The notes under the pieces: model-generated
Seen by the model: the letters and a program-made list of their open reading frames with translations, nothing else
What the model was told of the DNA's origin: nothing
Database searches by the model: none
In this document: positions 29,728 to 39,613 of the stretch, in pieces
Layout of the letters: every line of letters starts with the position of its first letter
How positions within the stretch are numbered: position 1 is the stretch's first letter
Assembly: GCA_945901265.1 (NCBI GenBank)
Contig: CAMDJZ010000006.1
Span: 1-61,136 of the forward strand
Direction of reading: 5' to 3'
Source: Rickettsia typhi
GTDB lineage: Bacteria > Pseudomonadota > Alphaproteobacteria > Rickettsiales > UBA1997
DNA: 61,136 bases
Position numbers and translations under genes: made by a program

Positions 29728-30672
29728 ATGGTTATTAAAAAAGAACAGCTTGCTGAAATTGCAGAGCTTAGAGCTCTAAGTAATCAAACTATTCGTCCTG
29801 TTTCAAATGAATTGGAAAAAGTTTTATATCAGCCATTTACCGCACTTGACCATGGCTTTGTTCGTGTTATTGACTATATGGGTAACGACGATTCAGTAGT
29901 TCAAGCTGCGCGAGTATCATATGGTTCTGGAACTAAAAAAGTCAATGCTGATAAAGCATTAATTAATTATTTAATGGCACATCGGCACACAACACCCTTT
30001 GAAATGTGTGAAATAAAATTTCATATAAAATTACCAATTTTTGTTGCGCGTCAATGGATTAGGCATCGCACAGCTTCGGTAAATGAGTATTCAGCGCGTT
30101 ACTCGATTGTAGAGGATGAATTTTATATTCCACAAGCTCAACATTTATCGGCGCAATCAACCATTAATCACCAAGGTCGCGATGAAGATAAAGTTCTAAA
30201 TGCTAATGAGCAAAAACGAGTTCTTGAGCTTCTTAAAGAAGATAGTTCTAAGGCCTATAAAGATTATCTTGAAATGATTAATCAAGATAGCTCTGGAAAT
30301 ATCGTTAATGAAGACAAGGAAGGGCTTGCGCGAGAATTAGCAAGAATGAATCTTCCGCTAAATTGTTATACGCAATGGTATTGGAAAATTGATTTACATA
30401 ATCTTTTGCATTTTTTGAATCTGCGAGTAGATAAACACGCTCAATATGAAATCCGTGTTTATGCGCAAATAATGCTTGATTTGGTTAAAAAATGGGTGCC
30501 TAATTGTTACGATGCTTTTGTTAAAAATAATCAATCAGGTAAAAACTTTTCAGGACCAGCACTTTTGATAATAAAAAAATTATTAAGAGGCGAAAAGATA
30601 TCTCAAGCAGATAGTGGTCTTAGCGCTAGAGAATACTCTGAGTTAATGATAATTTTAGATTTAAAAAATTAA
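29728..30672 (+). CDS. thyX: FAD-dependent thymidylate synthase
   Basis: ThyX motif RHRTASVNEYSARY, HTTPFE, ELARMNLP, HAQYEIR. ATG 29728 preferred over TTG 29704. Confidence 0.96.
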   Translation: MVIKKEQLAEIAELRALSNQTIRPVSNELEKVLYQPFTALDHGFVRVIDYMGNDDSVVQAARVSYGSGTKKVNADKALINYLMAHRHTTPFEMCEIKFHIKLPIFVARQWIRHRTASVNEYSARYSIVEDEFYIPQAQHLSAQSTINHQGRDEDKVLNANEQKRVLELLKEDSSKAYKDYLEMINQDSSGNIVNEDKEGLARELARMNLPLNCYTQWYWKIDLHNLLHFLNLRVDKHAQYEIRVYAQIMLDLVKKWVPNCYDAFVKNNQSGKNFSGPALLIIKKLLRGEKISQADSGLSAREYSELMIILDLKN

Positions 30673-30758
30673 TATTATCAAAGTAATCAATAGCAATTAA
30701 CACTTATTGTTTTTTGACAATATTTGAAAATTATTAATAAAATTTAAATTTTTTCTTT

Positions 30759-30956
30759 ATGTCTATTGGAATTGGTGAGTTACTGTTAATACTCGTTATT
30801 GTTTTCGTGCTATTTGGTGCCGGAAAATTACCGCAAGTTATGGGAGAAATAGGCAAGGGAATAAGGGGTTTAAAGAAAGGTTTAAAGGAAGAAGATAAGC
30901 TAAAAGGCGAATCTTTAATAAAAGATGAAAAAGAAATAAGTCCTCCCAAGGAATAA
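30759..30956 (+). CDS. tatA: Sec-independent translocase TatA
   Basis: 'ELLLILVIVFVLFGAGKLP..MG.IGKGIR..KKGL'. Confidence 0.93.
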   Translation: MSIGIGELLLILVIVFVLFGAGKLPQVMGEIGKGIRGLKKGLKEEDKLKGESLIKDEKEISPPKE

Positions 30957-31032
30957 TTTTTTATCATTTTAAGGCAATAATTTGAATAGCTGTTAACAAT
31001 GAATATAAATTAAACTAAAATATTTTTTAATA

Positions 31033-31656
31033 GTGGACCAAAAAAAAATCATAACAACGCAAATTCTTGAAGATCTAGTTAATAGATCCACGGCTGATAA
31101 GGTATCTGTCGGGGACATTATTAACTCGATGGAAGCAATTGGTTTTGGTTTGGCATTGATGATTTTTTCATTAGGAATTATTATTCCATTGCCTCCGCCA
31201 TTCCCAAGTATTATTTCTTTACCATTGGTGGTATTTTCAGCACAAATGGTGATTGGAATGAGTGCGCCAAAGCTTCCAACTTGGCTTGCAAAAAAAGAGG
31301 TAAAAAGATCGGTTTTGGCAACAATGATCCAGAGATCAAGCCCTTACTTGCGTAAGGTTGAAAGAATTTTAAAGCCACGCTTATCGCTAATGAACAACGT
31401 TATTGCGGAAAGAGTTGTGGGGTTTTTTCTTTTAGCTTTTTCGAGTTTTATTTTAGTGCCTCTGCCATTATCAAATTTTATTCCTGGGTTGGGCATTCTA
31501 ATTACCTCCTTTGGCTTGATGGGTAAAGATGGTTTAATTATGATTCTTGGGATAGCGGTTGGAATAATGGGGATATTTGTTTCGATTTCTACTGTATTTC
31601 TTGGTTTTGAAGTGTTTTATATGATCAGAGATTTTTTTACAAATTTTGCTTCTTGA
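31033..31656 (+). CDS. exoD: ExoD-family membrane protein
   Basis: 'FG.ALMIF...PLPPP', 'QMVIG...P.LP.WL', 'ERILKPRL', 'PLPLSNFIPG', 'KDGL'. Confidence 0.88.
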   Translation: MDQKKIITTQILEDLVNRSTADKVSVGDIINSMEAIGFGLALMIFSLGIIIPLPPPFPSIISLPLVVFSAQMVIGMSAPKLPTWLAKKEVKRSVLATMIQRSSPYLRKVERILKPRLSLMNNVIAERVVGFFLLAFSSFILVPLPLSNFIPGLGILITSFGLMGKDGLIMILGIAVGIMGIFVSISTVFLGFEVFYMIRDFFTNFAS

Positions 31657-32233
31657 CTATTAGAATAAAATTTACGAAAATTGTAACCTTGATTATATTA
31701 CTACGTACTAGATCGTTTATGAATTAAACGAGTTTTAAACTAATTTAATTTCAAAAAATCTAAATTTAAGCTTGTTGATATTATTTTTTACTGCTATTTT
31801 AGATTAAATTCACAACCAAATTATTGATTACTATTGGTAAAAAAATTATTGAATTAGTTTTTAAGACCTTACTTATCTTTTTTGATTTTAACTAAGGAAT
31901 TTGAATTCAAAGAAAAGTCGTTTTAAGCTTATTAAATCTAGGTTCATAAGGGATAGATTGAAAAATTCAATTGCATTTTTTACAAATTAAATTGTTATAA
32001 CTTATCTAATTTAACTAGTTGATAAATTTAAGTTTAAATTAAAATTAACTAATAACATTTACTAACTACTTTTATTAAAAAAAGTAATTTAAATTAAAAC
32101 TTAATATTTATAACTATTTTAACTTAAAACTAAATTGACATCAATTTTACTTACATTTTTATTCATAAATTTATTTCATTTAAAACAAAATAATAAATTC
32201 CTTTCTTTATAACTTTAACAAAACTTTAACATA

Positions 32234-33940
32234 ATGTCTTCCAATACTCTTACATTACGATTCAATTCTTCCAATTCAGCGCCTGAGCAAAAAGCAGAAA
32301 AAAATCATCGCAAGAAGCATCACGAAAGTGAAGAAAATAAAGATTCCACTGGCTTAAGCGATGATAATTTAGTGGCAACAAATTCTCCTCAAGATCCGCA
32401 ATCAAATGTTGATAATAAACTTGTAAACAATAAAAATAACGATATTAAAAATACTGAAAATAGTCGCGATCGAGATAATTCACGAACTGATCTAGCTAGA
32501 TTAAATCGCGGTAATTTAATAAGTCGCGGAAGTGGCCCTGCGGCTCAACAAAATAATTATTCGAGCTCAACTAATGCAAGCAATCAAGCGCAATCCAACA
32601 ACTCTAATAATTCTCAATATAATGAAGATGAAGATGATGAGCTTCGTTTAGAAAAAAAATCAAATTTTACTGGCAAAACTTTGGAATTAAAATTTTTAAA
32701 ATCAAAATCAGCTGAAGCGTTGATTGAAATTGGTAAGGAATATGGATTGGATATTATTAGCGACTATGGTCGTCAAGATATTATTTATCACATCCTAAAA
32801 AATTTCTCCGATCAAAATCCAGAAAATGTTATAATTGGTGAAGGTGTTTTGGAAGTTTTGGAAGACGGCTTTGGTTTTCTTCGCGCTCCTGAAACTAATT
32901 ATTTTCCAGGCTCAGATGATATTTATGTTTCTCCTAGTCAAATTAAGCGCTTTGCATTAAGAACTGGCGATACTGTAAAAGGTCAAATTCGTGCACCTAA
33001 AAAAGGTGAAAGATATTTTGCTCTTCTTCGGGTTAACGAAGTAAATCTTGATTCCCCTGAAAAAATACGTAATCGCGTTTTATTTGATGATTTAACAGCG
33101 CTTTATCCGCAGAAAAAACTTAATCTTGAAGAAGATAGAGGTGGAAGCGATAATAGCACTAGAATTATTGATATGATTGCTCCGCTTGGAAAAGGGCAAC
33201 GCGCTTTAATAGTTGCTCCTCCGCGCACTGGTAAAACTTCATTAATGCAAAATATTGCGCGAGCCATTACCGCAAATCATCCTGAAATTATTTTATTGGT
33301 ATTGCTAATTGATGAGCGTCCAGAAGAAGTTACTGATATGATTCGAAGCGTTAAAGGCGAGGTGGTTAGTTCAACATTTGACGAACCAGCATCTCGACAT
33401 GTGCAATTGGCTGAAATGGTCATTGAAAAAGCGCGTAGATTAGTTGAAGCTAAAAAAGATGTAGTAATTCTCCTTGATAATATTACCCGCTTGGCTCGAG
33501 CATATAACACGGTAATTCCTTCATCAGGAAAGGTTCTTACTGGTGGTGTAGATTCAAATGCATTACAAAAGCCAAAAAGATTTTTTGGTTCTGCGCGAAA
33601 TATTGAAGAGGGTGGTTCGCTGACAATAATTGCTACTGCTTTAGTTGACACGGGTTCTCGTATGGATGAAGTAATTTTTGAAGAATTTAAAGGAACGGGT
33701 AATGCTGAAATTGTCCTTGATCGCAAAATATCTGATAAAAGAATTTTCCCAGCTATTGATATTACCAAATCAGGAACGCGTAAGGAAGAATTACTTACTG
33801 ACCGTGCAACTTTAGCAAAAATTTGGATGTTAAGAAGAATTGTCAATCCGATGAATCCTGTTGAAGCTATGGAATTTTTATTAGAAAAAATACAAAATAG
33901 TAAAACTAATGAAGATTTCTTTAAATCCATGAATAGTTAG
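32234..33940 (+). CDS. rho: Transcription termination factor Rho with a ~150-aa low-complexity N-terminal extension
   Basis: [60 protein letters not shown]. Confidence 0.98.
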   Translation: MSSNTLTLRFNSSNSAPEQKAEKNHRKKHHESEENKDSTGLSDDNLVATNSPQDPQSNVDNKLVNNKNNDIKNTENSRDRDNSRTDLARLNRGNLISRGSGPAAQQNNYSSSTNASNQAQSNNSNNSQYNEDEDDELRLEKKSNFTGKTLELKFLKSKSAEALIEIGKEYGLDIISDYGRQDIIYHILKNFSDQNPENVIIGEGVLEVLEDGFGFLRAPETNYFPGSDDIYVSPSQIKRFALRTGDTVKGQIRAPKKGERYFALLRVNEVNLDSPEKIRNRVLFDDLTALYPQKKLNLEEDRGGSDNSTRIIDMIAPLGKGQRALIVAPPRTGKTSLMQNIARAITANHPEIILLVLLIDERPEEVTDMIRSVKGEVVSSTFDEPASRHVQLAEMVIEKARRLVEAKKDVVILLDNITRLARAYNTVIPSSGKVLTGGVDSNALQKPKRFFGSARNIEEGGSLTIIATALVDTGSRMDEVIFEEFKGTGNAEIVLDRKISDKRIFPAIDITKSGTRKEELLTDRATLAKIWMLRRIVNPMNPVEAMEFLLEKIQNSKTNEDFFKSMNS

Positions 33941-34317
33941 TTTATAGTAAATTAAACTTGCTATATAATTGATAATGATTGCGATAACTAAGTGTTTCTT
34001 TTTGTTATGCAAAATAGAAATAATTTAGACTAAAAGTTTTTTTGTTGCAACTCAAACCAATTCCATTTTTAAATTATAAAATTGAATTTGCAGGTCTTAT
34101 ATTTGCTCATCCAGATTAACAAGGATTTACGTATACTCGCCTTTAAATTCAAACGCTTGATCTATATTGTAAATAGCTAGAACATCTTGTTTATCTAAAC
34201 AAATTAAGTTATTTTCGATTAAATTTTAAATTCAGGATATTATTAAAAAATTGTTATAAACACTTTATTACCAAAGTAGTTTTAAAATTACCGTAAATTA
34301 TTAATTAAATTTATAAA

Positions 34318-35196
34318 ATGAAAAATTATCGTAAATTAAAAAATGCCTTCTCATTAATCGAATTATCAATTGTGATTCTAATCGTTGGGATTCTAGTTGC
34401 GGGAGTTACATCTTCTTCGCGATTAATCAAAAGAATGAAAATTACCACTGCTCAAAATTTAACACAAAGTTCGCCCGTTCCATCAATAAAAGATCTTTCA
34501 GTTTGGTATGAATCTAGTTTAGAAAAAAGTTTTATCGATAGCGAAGAATCCGATGGAACTCCAATTACGACTTGGTTTGACAATAATATTCAATCGTCAT
34601 TTAAATATGATTTTAAACAAGCAACCCTTGCCAATCAGCCAAAATTTAGCGAAGGAATAATCAATAATTTACCGGCGTTAAAATTTGACGGAGTTGATGA
34701 TCACATGTTGGCATCTTCGGTTGGAATTTCTGGCAAAGGATTAACGGCATTTATTGTTGGACAGAGAGTGGCCTATGGCGGATCCTTTCAGGTTTCGCTT
34801 GCTGGATTAGCCGCGGGTCAAACTGATGATACAAATAGCGGATCGGTTGTGGCATTTGCAGATTTTGGAACTTCTTTTATTTCAGGAACTAGCCTACAAT
34901 GGTTTACTAATGGAGTTACTCATCAAGGCAATGGATCTCCATACATTCTTGATACGGTTTTTTCGGGTACTGGAAATTTAATTTATTTGAATGGAGTTCC
35001 GGGCTCGGGATATGGAATTGCAACAAGCTTTATTTTAGATTCCTTGCGAGTTGGATGTAAATTCAGTACCGCTCCTGCGTATTTTTTCAATGGCTATATT
35101 GCTGAAGTTATTATTTATTCTCGAGCTTTGAATACAGAAGAGCGTAAGGCTGTCGAAGGATATTTAAGTAAAAAATATGCAATAAAAGTTGCTTAA
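34318..35196 (+). CDS. Prepilin-type N-terminal cleavage/methylation protein with LamG/ConA-like domain (paralog of 18656..19510)
   Basis: 'KNA/FSLIELSIVILIVGILVAG', 'LKFDGVDD', 'FNGYIAEVIIYSRAL', 'EERKAVEGYLSKKY'. Confidence 0.87.
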   Translation: MKNYRKLKNAFSLIELSIVILIVGILVAGVTSSSRLIKRMKITTAQNLTQSSPVPSIKDLSVWYESSLEKSFIDSEESDGTPITTWFDNNIQSSFKYDFKQATLANQPKFSEGIINNLPALKFDGVDDHMLASSVGISGKGLTAFIVGQRVAYGGSFQVSLAGLAAGQTDDTNSGSVVAFADFGTSFISGTSLQWFTNGVTHQGNGSPYILDTVFSGTGNLIYLNGVPGSGYGIATSFILDSLRVGCKFSTAPAYFFNGYIAEVIIYSRALNTEERKAVEGYLSKKYAIKVA

Positions 35197-35209
35197 TTAA
35201 TTTTCAAAT

Positions 35210-35329
35210 TAACAAGAAAAACTAACAAGAAAAACTATTAATTGAAAAATCTTTAGGAAATAAATTAATCCTAAGAAATCTTTAGGAAGTAAAGTAAAGT
35301 TGAGAAATCTTCAGGAAATAAAAGTGATG
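35210..35329. repeat. 13-bp tandem repeat x2 followed by imperfect 29-bp tandem repeat x3
   Basis: TAACAAGAAAAAC at 35210 and 35223; core AAATCTT(T/C)AGGAA(A/G)TAAA at 35247, 35276 and 35305. Confidence 0.75.
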
Positions 35330-35355
35330 AAAAACTGCAATTAAATACCAAAAAT

Positions 35356-35430
35356 TGGAGGCCAGGGCCGGAATCGAACCGGCGCATAGAAGCTTTGCAG
35401 GCTTCTGCATTACCACTTTGCTACCTAGCC
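35356..35430 (-). tRNA. tRNA-Cys (GCA)
   Basis: Reverse strand GGCTAGG...GAAGC-CTGCAAA-GCTTC...GGTTCGATTCC...CCTGGCC-T-CCA; U73 discriminator typical of Cys. Confidence 0.96.
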
Positions 35431-35599
35431 AATCTAATTTAATAAATTTTTAAAGTGTTGAAAGAAAAAAATTTAATAAAATTTGTTTTTGAATTTTAAC
35501 AATAAAATCAAATTAGTAAAGTCAAAATATTGTTATATCAAATTAATTTGAAATTATCTGATCTAGAATTTATAAGAAATATAAAGTGATTTTAATTGT

Positions 35600-36811
35600 T
35601 TATTGTTGACGAGACCCATTTGTTGGCATTCCAACTTCTTTAGCAATTCTTCTATCCAATTTTTCACGAATTATTCTTTTATTTGAATAGATTGTTTTCA
35701 TTAGCCTTTGAAGTTTATCGATTCTTGCTTTAGGTGTATCGGTTATCTTAAATTTGAGTATCTCATTAAAATAATCAAATAATTTAATTTTTTCTTCATC
35801 ATTAAGTGCAGAAGAATTACCTAAGCTACTAGTAAATACCATTTCCGCAAATGTCTCTGCTGCCCCTATCATTTTTATATTAGTCTTGATTACATTAGTT
35901 GCGGCATCGAATCTTCGTAATTTTCCAACTTCATCAAGATTACTAAATCCAAGTTTAGCTACTTCATTTATGTACTTAAATGCCTTAATTTTTAAATCAT
36001 TTGGAAAATCTGGGTCTTCGGCTGGAAGATTAAATACCTGAGCAAGCGTAACTGGTGGTAAGGTTGGTCGAGTAATTTGAGAGCTCGGCCTTGCAGGAAT
36101 AGTTTCAAATTCCTCTTCAGGTTGTTTAGTTTTGAAAAAAGACATTGGACGTGACGCTTCAGAGCCACTCGAATTGCGATCTTGGCTTCTGAGATCAATT
36201 GGTAATTGATCGTCAGAAAAATCCCCTAAATTTAAATATCTTTTTAGTCCATTTTCATCCATATTATTTTGACTTGAAGATGCCATAAAATCAAATGCTC
36301 TAATTTTTTGTTCATACGTCAAATCTTCTTCGATTGAAGGAGATGGTGATCGACTATTTATTTCAAGATCTCTAAGGTTTCTTTGATTAACAATATAATC
36401 AAATAACCAAATTTTTCGTGCATCTGAAAAAACTAAATCTTCGACTTCAGTAGATGATTCATGACCTTGATCAATTGAAGATTCTGGGCGAATATCAGGC
36501 GAGTTCCTAGGATCTTCAAAAGCATGAACTGGTGCTGAAGATGATGCGCTAATATCAGGCGAGTTCCCACTATTCTCTTGAAAGACAAGACTTGCTTGCA
36601 ATGCTTTATTAAGTGAACCATTATCAGCATTAGCAGTCGAGTTTCTATCGCCAGGTATTATTTTCTTGCTGGTTTTTCTTCCATAAAGACAGCTTCTTAG
36701 GCCAATAGGAATGCAACTTCGATCTTGCTTGACCTCATCTTCTGAACTATATCCGCTTTGATCTGGAATTGACGGGCTTAATAAATTAGAACGTTGTGTT
36801 GCCTTTGTCAT
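35600..36811 (-). CDS. Hypothetical Ser/Pro-rich protein with four KIxxF(D/K)(Y/F) repeats
   Basis: 403-aa ORF with internal repeats visible at protein level, and a 17-bp DNA repeat at 36491 and 36551. Confidence 0.75.
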   Translation of the reverse strand: MTKATQRSNLLSPSIPDQSGYSSEDEVKQDRSCIPIGLRSCLYGRKTSKKIIPGDRNSTANADNGSLNKALQASLVFQENSGNSPDISASSSAPVHAFEDPRNSPDIRPESSIDQGHESSTEVEDLVFSDARKIWLFDYIVNQRNLRDLEINSRSPSPSIEEDLTYEQKIRAFDFMASSSQNNMDENGLKRYLNLGDFSDDQLPIDLRSQDRNSSGSEASRPMSFFKTKQPEEEFETIPARPSSQITRPTLPPVTLAQVFNLPAEDPDFPNDLKIKAFKYINEVAKLGFSNLDEVGKLRRFDAATNVIKTNIKMIGAAETFAEMVFTSSLGNSSALNDEEKIKLFDYFNEILKFKITDTPKARIDKLQRLMKTIYSNKRIIREKLDRRIAKEVGMPTNGSRQQ

Positions 36812-37293
36812 GTTTATATAAAACTTAAATTAATATTAATTCTTTTAGAATTGCTTTTTTAAGTTGTTAATAAAAATATAAGATAACACAAAATAATATC
36901 TTAAGTTCAATTATAATACAATAAACCTCTTAATAATTTTAAGGTTATCATCTAAAATTATGATAAAACTTGCTAAGAAGGATGGATTTATTTCTATAAA
37001 TATATCACTGACCTGACTCAATTAATTGTTAAAATTAAATTATTTTGAGGCGTTTTTTATTATATAAACTTTTATTATATAAACCTGTTCAAAATAAAGG
37101 AATAAACAAGAGCCTGAAGACTTTATGAGGTTGTAGAAATTACTGGGGATGAAAAGATTTGATTATGACATGTATTAAAAGCATAATTTAAAATGTAGAA
37201 ATGGAATCTGTTTTAAAATTAAAAGCTTGAAAATTTTTGATTATAAAATTACATTTGAAAAACAAATTTTTAATTTTTAATTTTAATAACAAA

Positions 37294-38529
37294 ATGCTTC
37301 AAGATCTTTATTGCCAAGGGTTTTTAAATATTAACATTAATGATGTTAGTCCTAATTTTATTGCGGTTACAAATAAAGCAAAAAATAAATTGCGTCAAGA
37401 AATTCTTGCAAAATCAAATCCTGTTTTAACGATAATAGATGATCATGATGATGATAAGATTTTTGAAAATATAGCACAAAAAATTAAAAAATATTCCCAG
37501 GTTTTGCTTTTGGGCGTTGGCGGTTCTAGTTTAGGAGCCAAAACAATTTGCGCCTTAAATCCGCAATGTAAAATTGAATTTCTTGAGTCAATTGATTCGC
37601 AAACTATCGATAATATTTTATATAAAATAAATCTTGCGCAATGCTTTTTTTTGGTAATAAGTAAGTCAGGAGAGACTGTTGAAACTATTTGCCAAAGCCT
37701 AGTTATCATTGATAAATTACGAAAAATTAATTTAAATAATGAAGATTTTTCATCAAGATTTTTATTTATCACCGCAAATTCCCAAAGTTCTCTTGCTAAA
37801 ATTGCTCAAAAAATTTCTGCGGAAATTATTCCTCATCCAGCCAATATCGGTGGGAGATATTCGGTGTTTTCAGTGGTGGGAATTTTACCAGCATTAATTG
37901 CCGATTTAGATATTAAAAAATTTCGTCTTGGAGCCAAAAAAGCTATTGAAGATTTTGTTAATAATTCACAAATTGCCGATGCTTGCGCTATTCAGCTTGA
38001 GCTTTACAATCGCGGTTTTTACAACAATGTTTTTATGCCCTATGCTGATATTTTAAAAAACTTTACTGATTGGTATCGTCAACTTTTAGCGGAATCTTTG
38101 GGCAAAAATGGCTATGGTTCAACACCAATAAATTCAATGGGAACAGTTGACCAGCATAGTCAATTACAACTTTATTTGGAAGGAAAAAGTGATAAGTTTT
38201 TTACTTTTATAAGCAATAAAACAAATCAAAAAGATTTTGCAATTAATGATTTAGATAAATGCCAAACTTTGTTTGGAAGAAAAAATTTATCACAAATTTT
38301 AGAGATAGAAAAAAATACAACCATTGAAGTTTTAAGGCAAAAAAAATTACCGATTCGTAATTTTGAAATTAACGAAATTAACGAAGAAAGCTTGGGAGCG
38401 TTGATGATGCAGATGTTTTTGGAAATAATGACAATTGCTTATGCAAAAAATATCAATCCTTTTGACCAACCAGCTGTAGAATTGCGTAAAGATTTGGCAA
38501 AAAAAATTCTCAGCAATTTTTATGAATAA
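37294..38529 (+). CDS. pgi: Glucose-6-phosphate isomerase
   Basis: GVGGSSLG, ISKSGETVET, IGGRYSV, QLLAESLGK, GTVDQHSQLQL, NPFDQPAVE. ATG 37294 preferred. Confidence 0.94.
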   Translation: MLQDLYCQGFLNININDVSPNFIAVTNKAKNKLRQEILAKSNPVLTIIDDHDDDKIFENIAQKIKKYSQVLLLGVGGSSLGAKTICALNPQCKIEFLESIDSQTIDNILYKINLAQCFFLVISKSGETVETICQSLVIIDKLRKINLNNEDFSSRFLFITANSQSSLAKIAQKISAEIIPHPANIGGRYSVFSVVGILPALIADLDIKKFRLGAKKAIEDFVNNSQIADACAIQLELYNRGFYNNVFMPYADILKNFTDWYRQLLAESLGKNGYGSTPINSMGTVDQHSQLQLYLEGKSDKFFTFISNKTNQKDFAINDLDKCQTLFGRKNLSQILEIEKNTTIEVLRQKKLPIRNFEINEINEESLGALMMQMFLEIMTIAYAKNINPFDQPAVELRKDLAKKILSNFYE

Positions 38530-39055
38530 AATATTGCAAAAATTTTACGACCAGAAAAATTTCTTATTTTTGGTTTTAAGTATATTGCTTATAAGCTCTT
38601 CTCTAGCCTTATGTTTGGCGTATATTTCCCAATATATTTTTGGTTATCAGCCTTGCATTTTATGCCTTTATCAACGCATTCCTTTTTTTATCATTGTTTT
38701 TTTTAGCACAATTGGCCTGATGACATATCGTAAAATAAAAATTGCTAAAATAATTTTTTTATTTTGTTTGGTGATGTTATTTTTCAACGCAATAATTGCA
38801 TTTTATCATAGCGGAGTTGAGTTAAAATATTTTAAAGGATATAGCGGATGTTTTGCGCAGGATTTATCGGCAATTCAAGATATTGATCAATTGCGTGAAA
38901 TTATTTTAAAGGCTAAACAATCTAAATGCGATGAACCGGAATTTTTTTTACTAGGATTTTCAATGGCGAAGTGGAATTTTATTTATTGTTTGGGATTGTT
39001 CATTTTCTTAAATTTTCTTAATTTTATTTTTTTGAAAAAAAACAAAGTTAAATAA
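38522..39055 (+). CDS. dsbB: Disulfide bond formation protein B family
   Basis: 'YQPCILCLYQR', TM helices, 'YHSGVE', second Cys pair (GC...KCDE), 'LGFSMAKWN'. Confidence 0.9.
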   Translation: MNKILQKFYDQKNFLFLVLSILLISSSLALCLAYISQYIFGYQPCILCLYQRIPFFIIVFFSTIGLMTYRKIKIAKIIFLFCLVMLFFNAIIAFYHSGVELKYFKGYSGCFAQDLSAIQDIDQLREIILKAKQSKCDEPEFFLLGFSMAKWNFIYCLGLFIFLNFLNFIFLKKNKVK

Positions 39056-39066
39056 TTTTTTTACAA

Positions 39067-39612
39067 TTATTTAACTTCAAAATTTATATTTATTTCTTGA
39101 GTTGATGGGTGATTATTTGGAGGAAATTGCCATTGTCTTAGGCTTTTTAAAAGTAGATAATCTAACTTTATCGAGTTGCTGGGTTTAAGAAGTTCAACTT
39201 TTGTAACTAGGCCATTATTATCGATATAAAATTTTGCTAAAGCATTGCTTCGCATAGCTTCATAACGTAATTCATCAGGAATCTCTGGTAATGGTTGATA
39301 AAGTGGTTTGCTATTAGTGTTAATATTTTTATTAGTTTCTTTATCGAGAATTTGATTTTTATTTTTATTAAAATTTTCATCACTTTCAACATGATTTTTG
39401 CTGTGTAAATTAGTTGTAGAATTCTTAGATATTTTTTTTGAAGATTCATATTGATGAAAATTATTTTGCTGTCTTTTATCGCCTATTTGTGCATCAATTT
39501 GTAATGAAATTTGTGGTTGATGAATTTGATTTTTTTTAAAATTCAAACTATATAAAACAAAACAAAAGTAAACCAATAGCGCTAAACTGTAACTTAAAAA
39601 AGGACGATACAT
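39067..39612 (-). CDS. tonB: TonB family energy transducer
   Basis: N-terminal TM, polar linker, C-terminal 'PLYQPLPEIPDELR...G.V..V.L...S...LD...L..LRQWQFPP'; follows exbD. Confidence 0.8.
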   Translation of the reverse strand: MYRPFLSYSLALLVYFCFVLYSLNFKKNQIHQPQISLQIDAQIGDKRQQNNFHQYESSKKISKNSTTNLHSKNHVESDENFNKNKNQILDKETNKNINTNSKPLYQPLPEIPDELRYEAMRSNALAKFYIDNNGLVTKVELLKPSNSIKLDYLLLKSLRQWQFPPNNHPSTQEININFEVK

Positions 39613-39613
39613 T

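Noticed and set aside
31657-32040. Structured ncRNA (6S, tmRNA, RNase P, SRP) in the long intergenic regions
   Set aside because: No conserved sequence hallmarks or GC-rich stems visible here or at 6080-6569 and 36812-37293; an Rfam scan would be needed to exclude it.
33277-33930. 217-aa antisense ORF inside rho, and similar ones in gyrB, pntA and ftsZ
   Set aside because: They mirror conserved sense genes codon for codon and show no protein motifs; expected shadow ORFs.
34025-34200. Protein-like minus-strand frame with several stops between rho and the pilin-like gene
   Set aside because: Could be a decayed gene, but I cannot assign a family; needs BLASTx.
35243-35329. Possible mini CRISPR array
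   Set aside because: The conserved core is only 18 bp, the variable parts are 11 bp, there are three units and no cas genes in the window.
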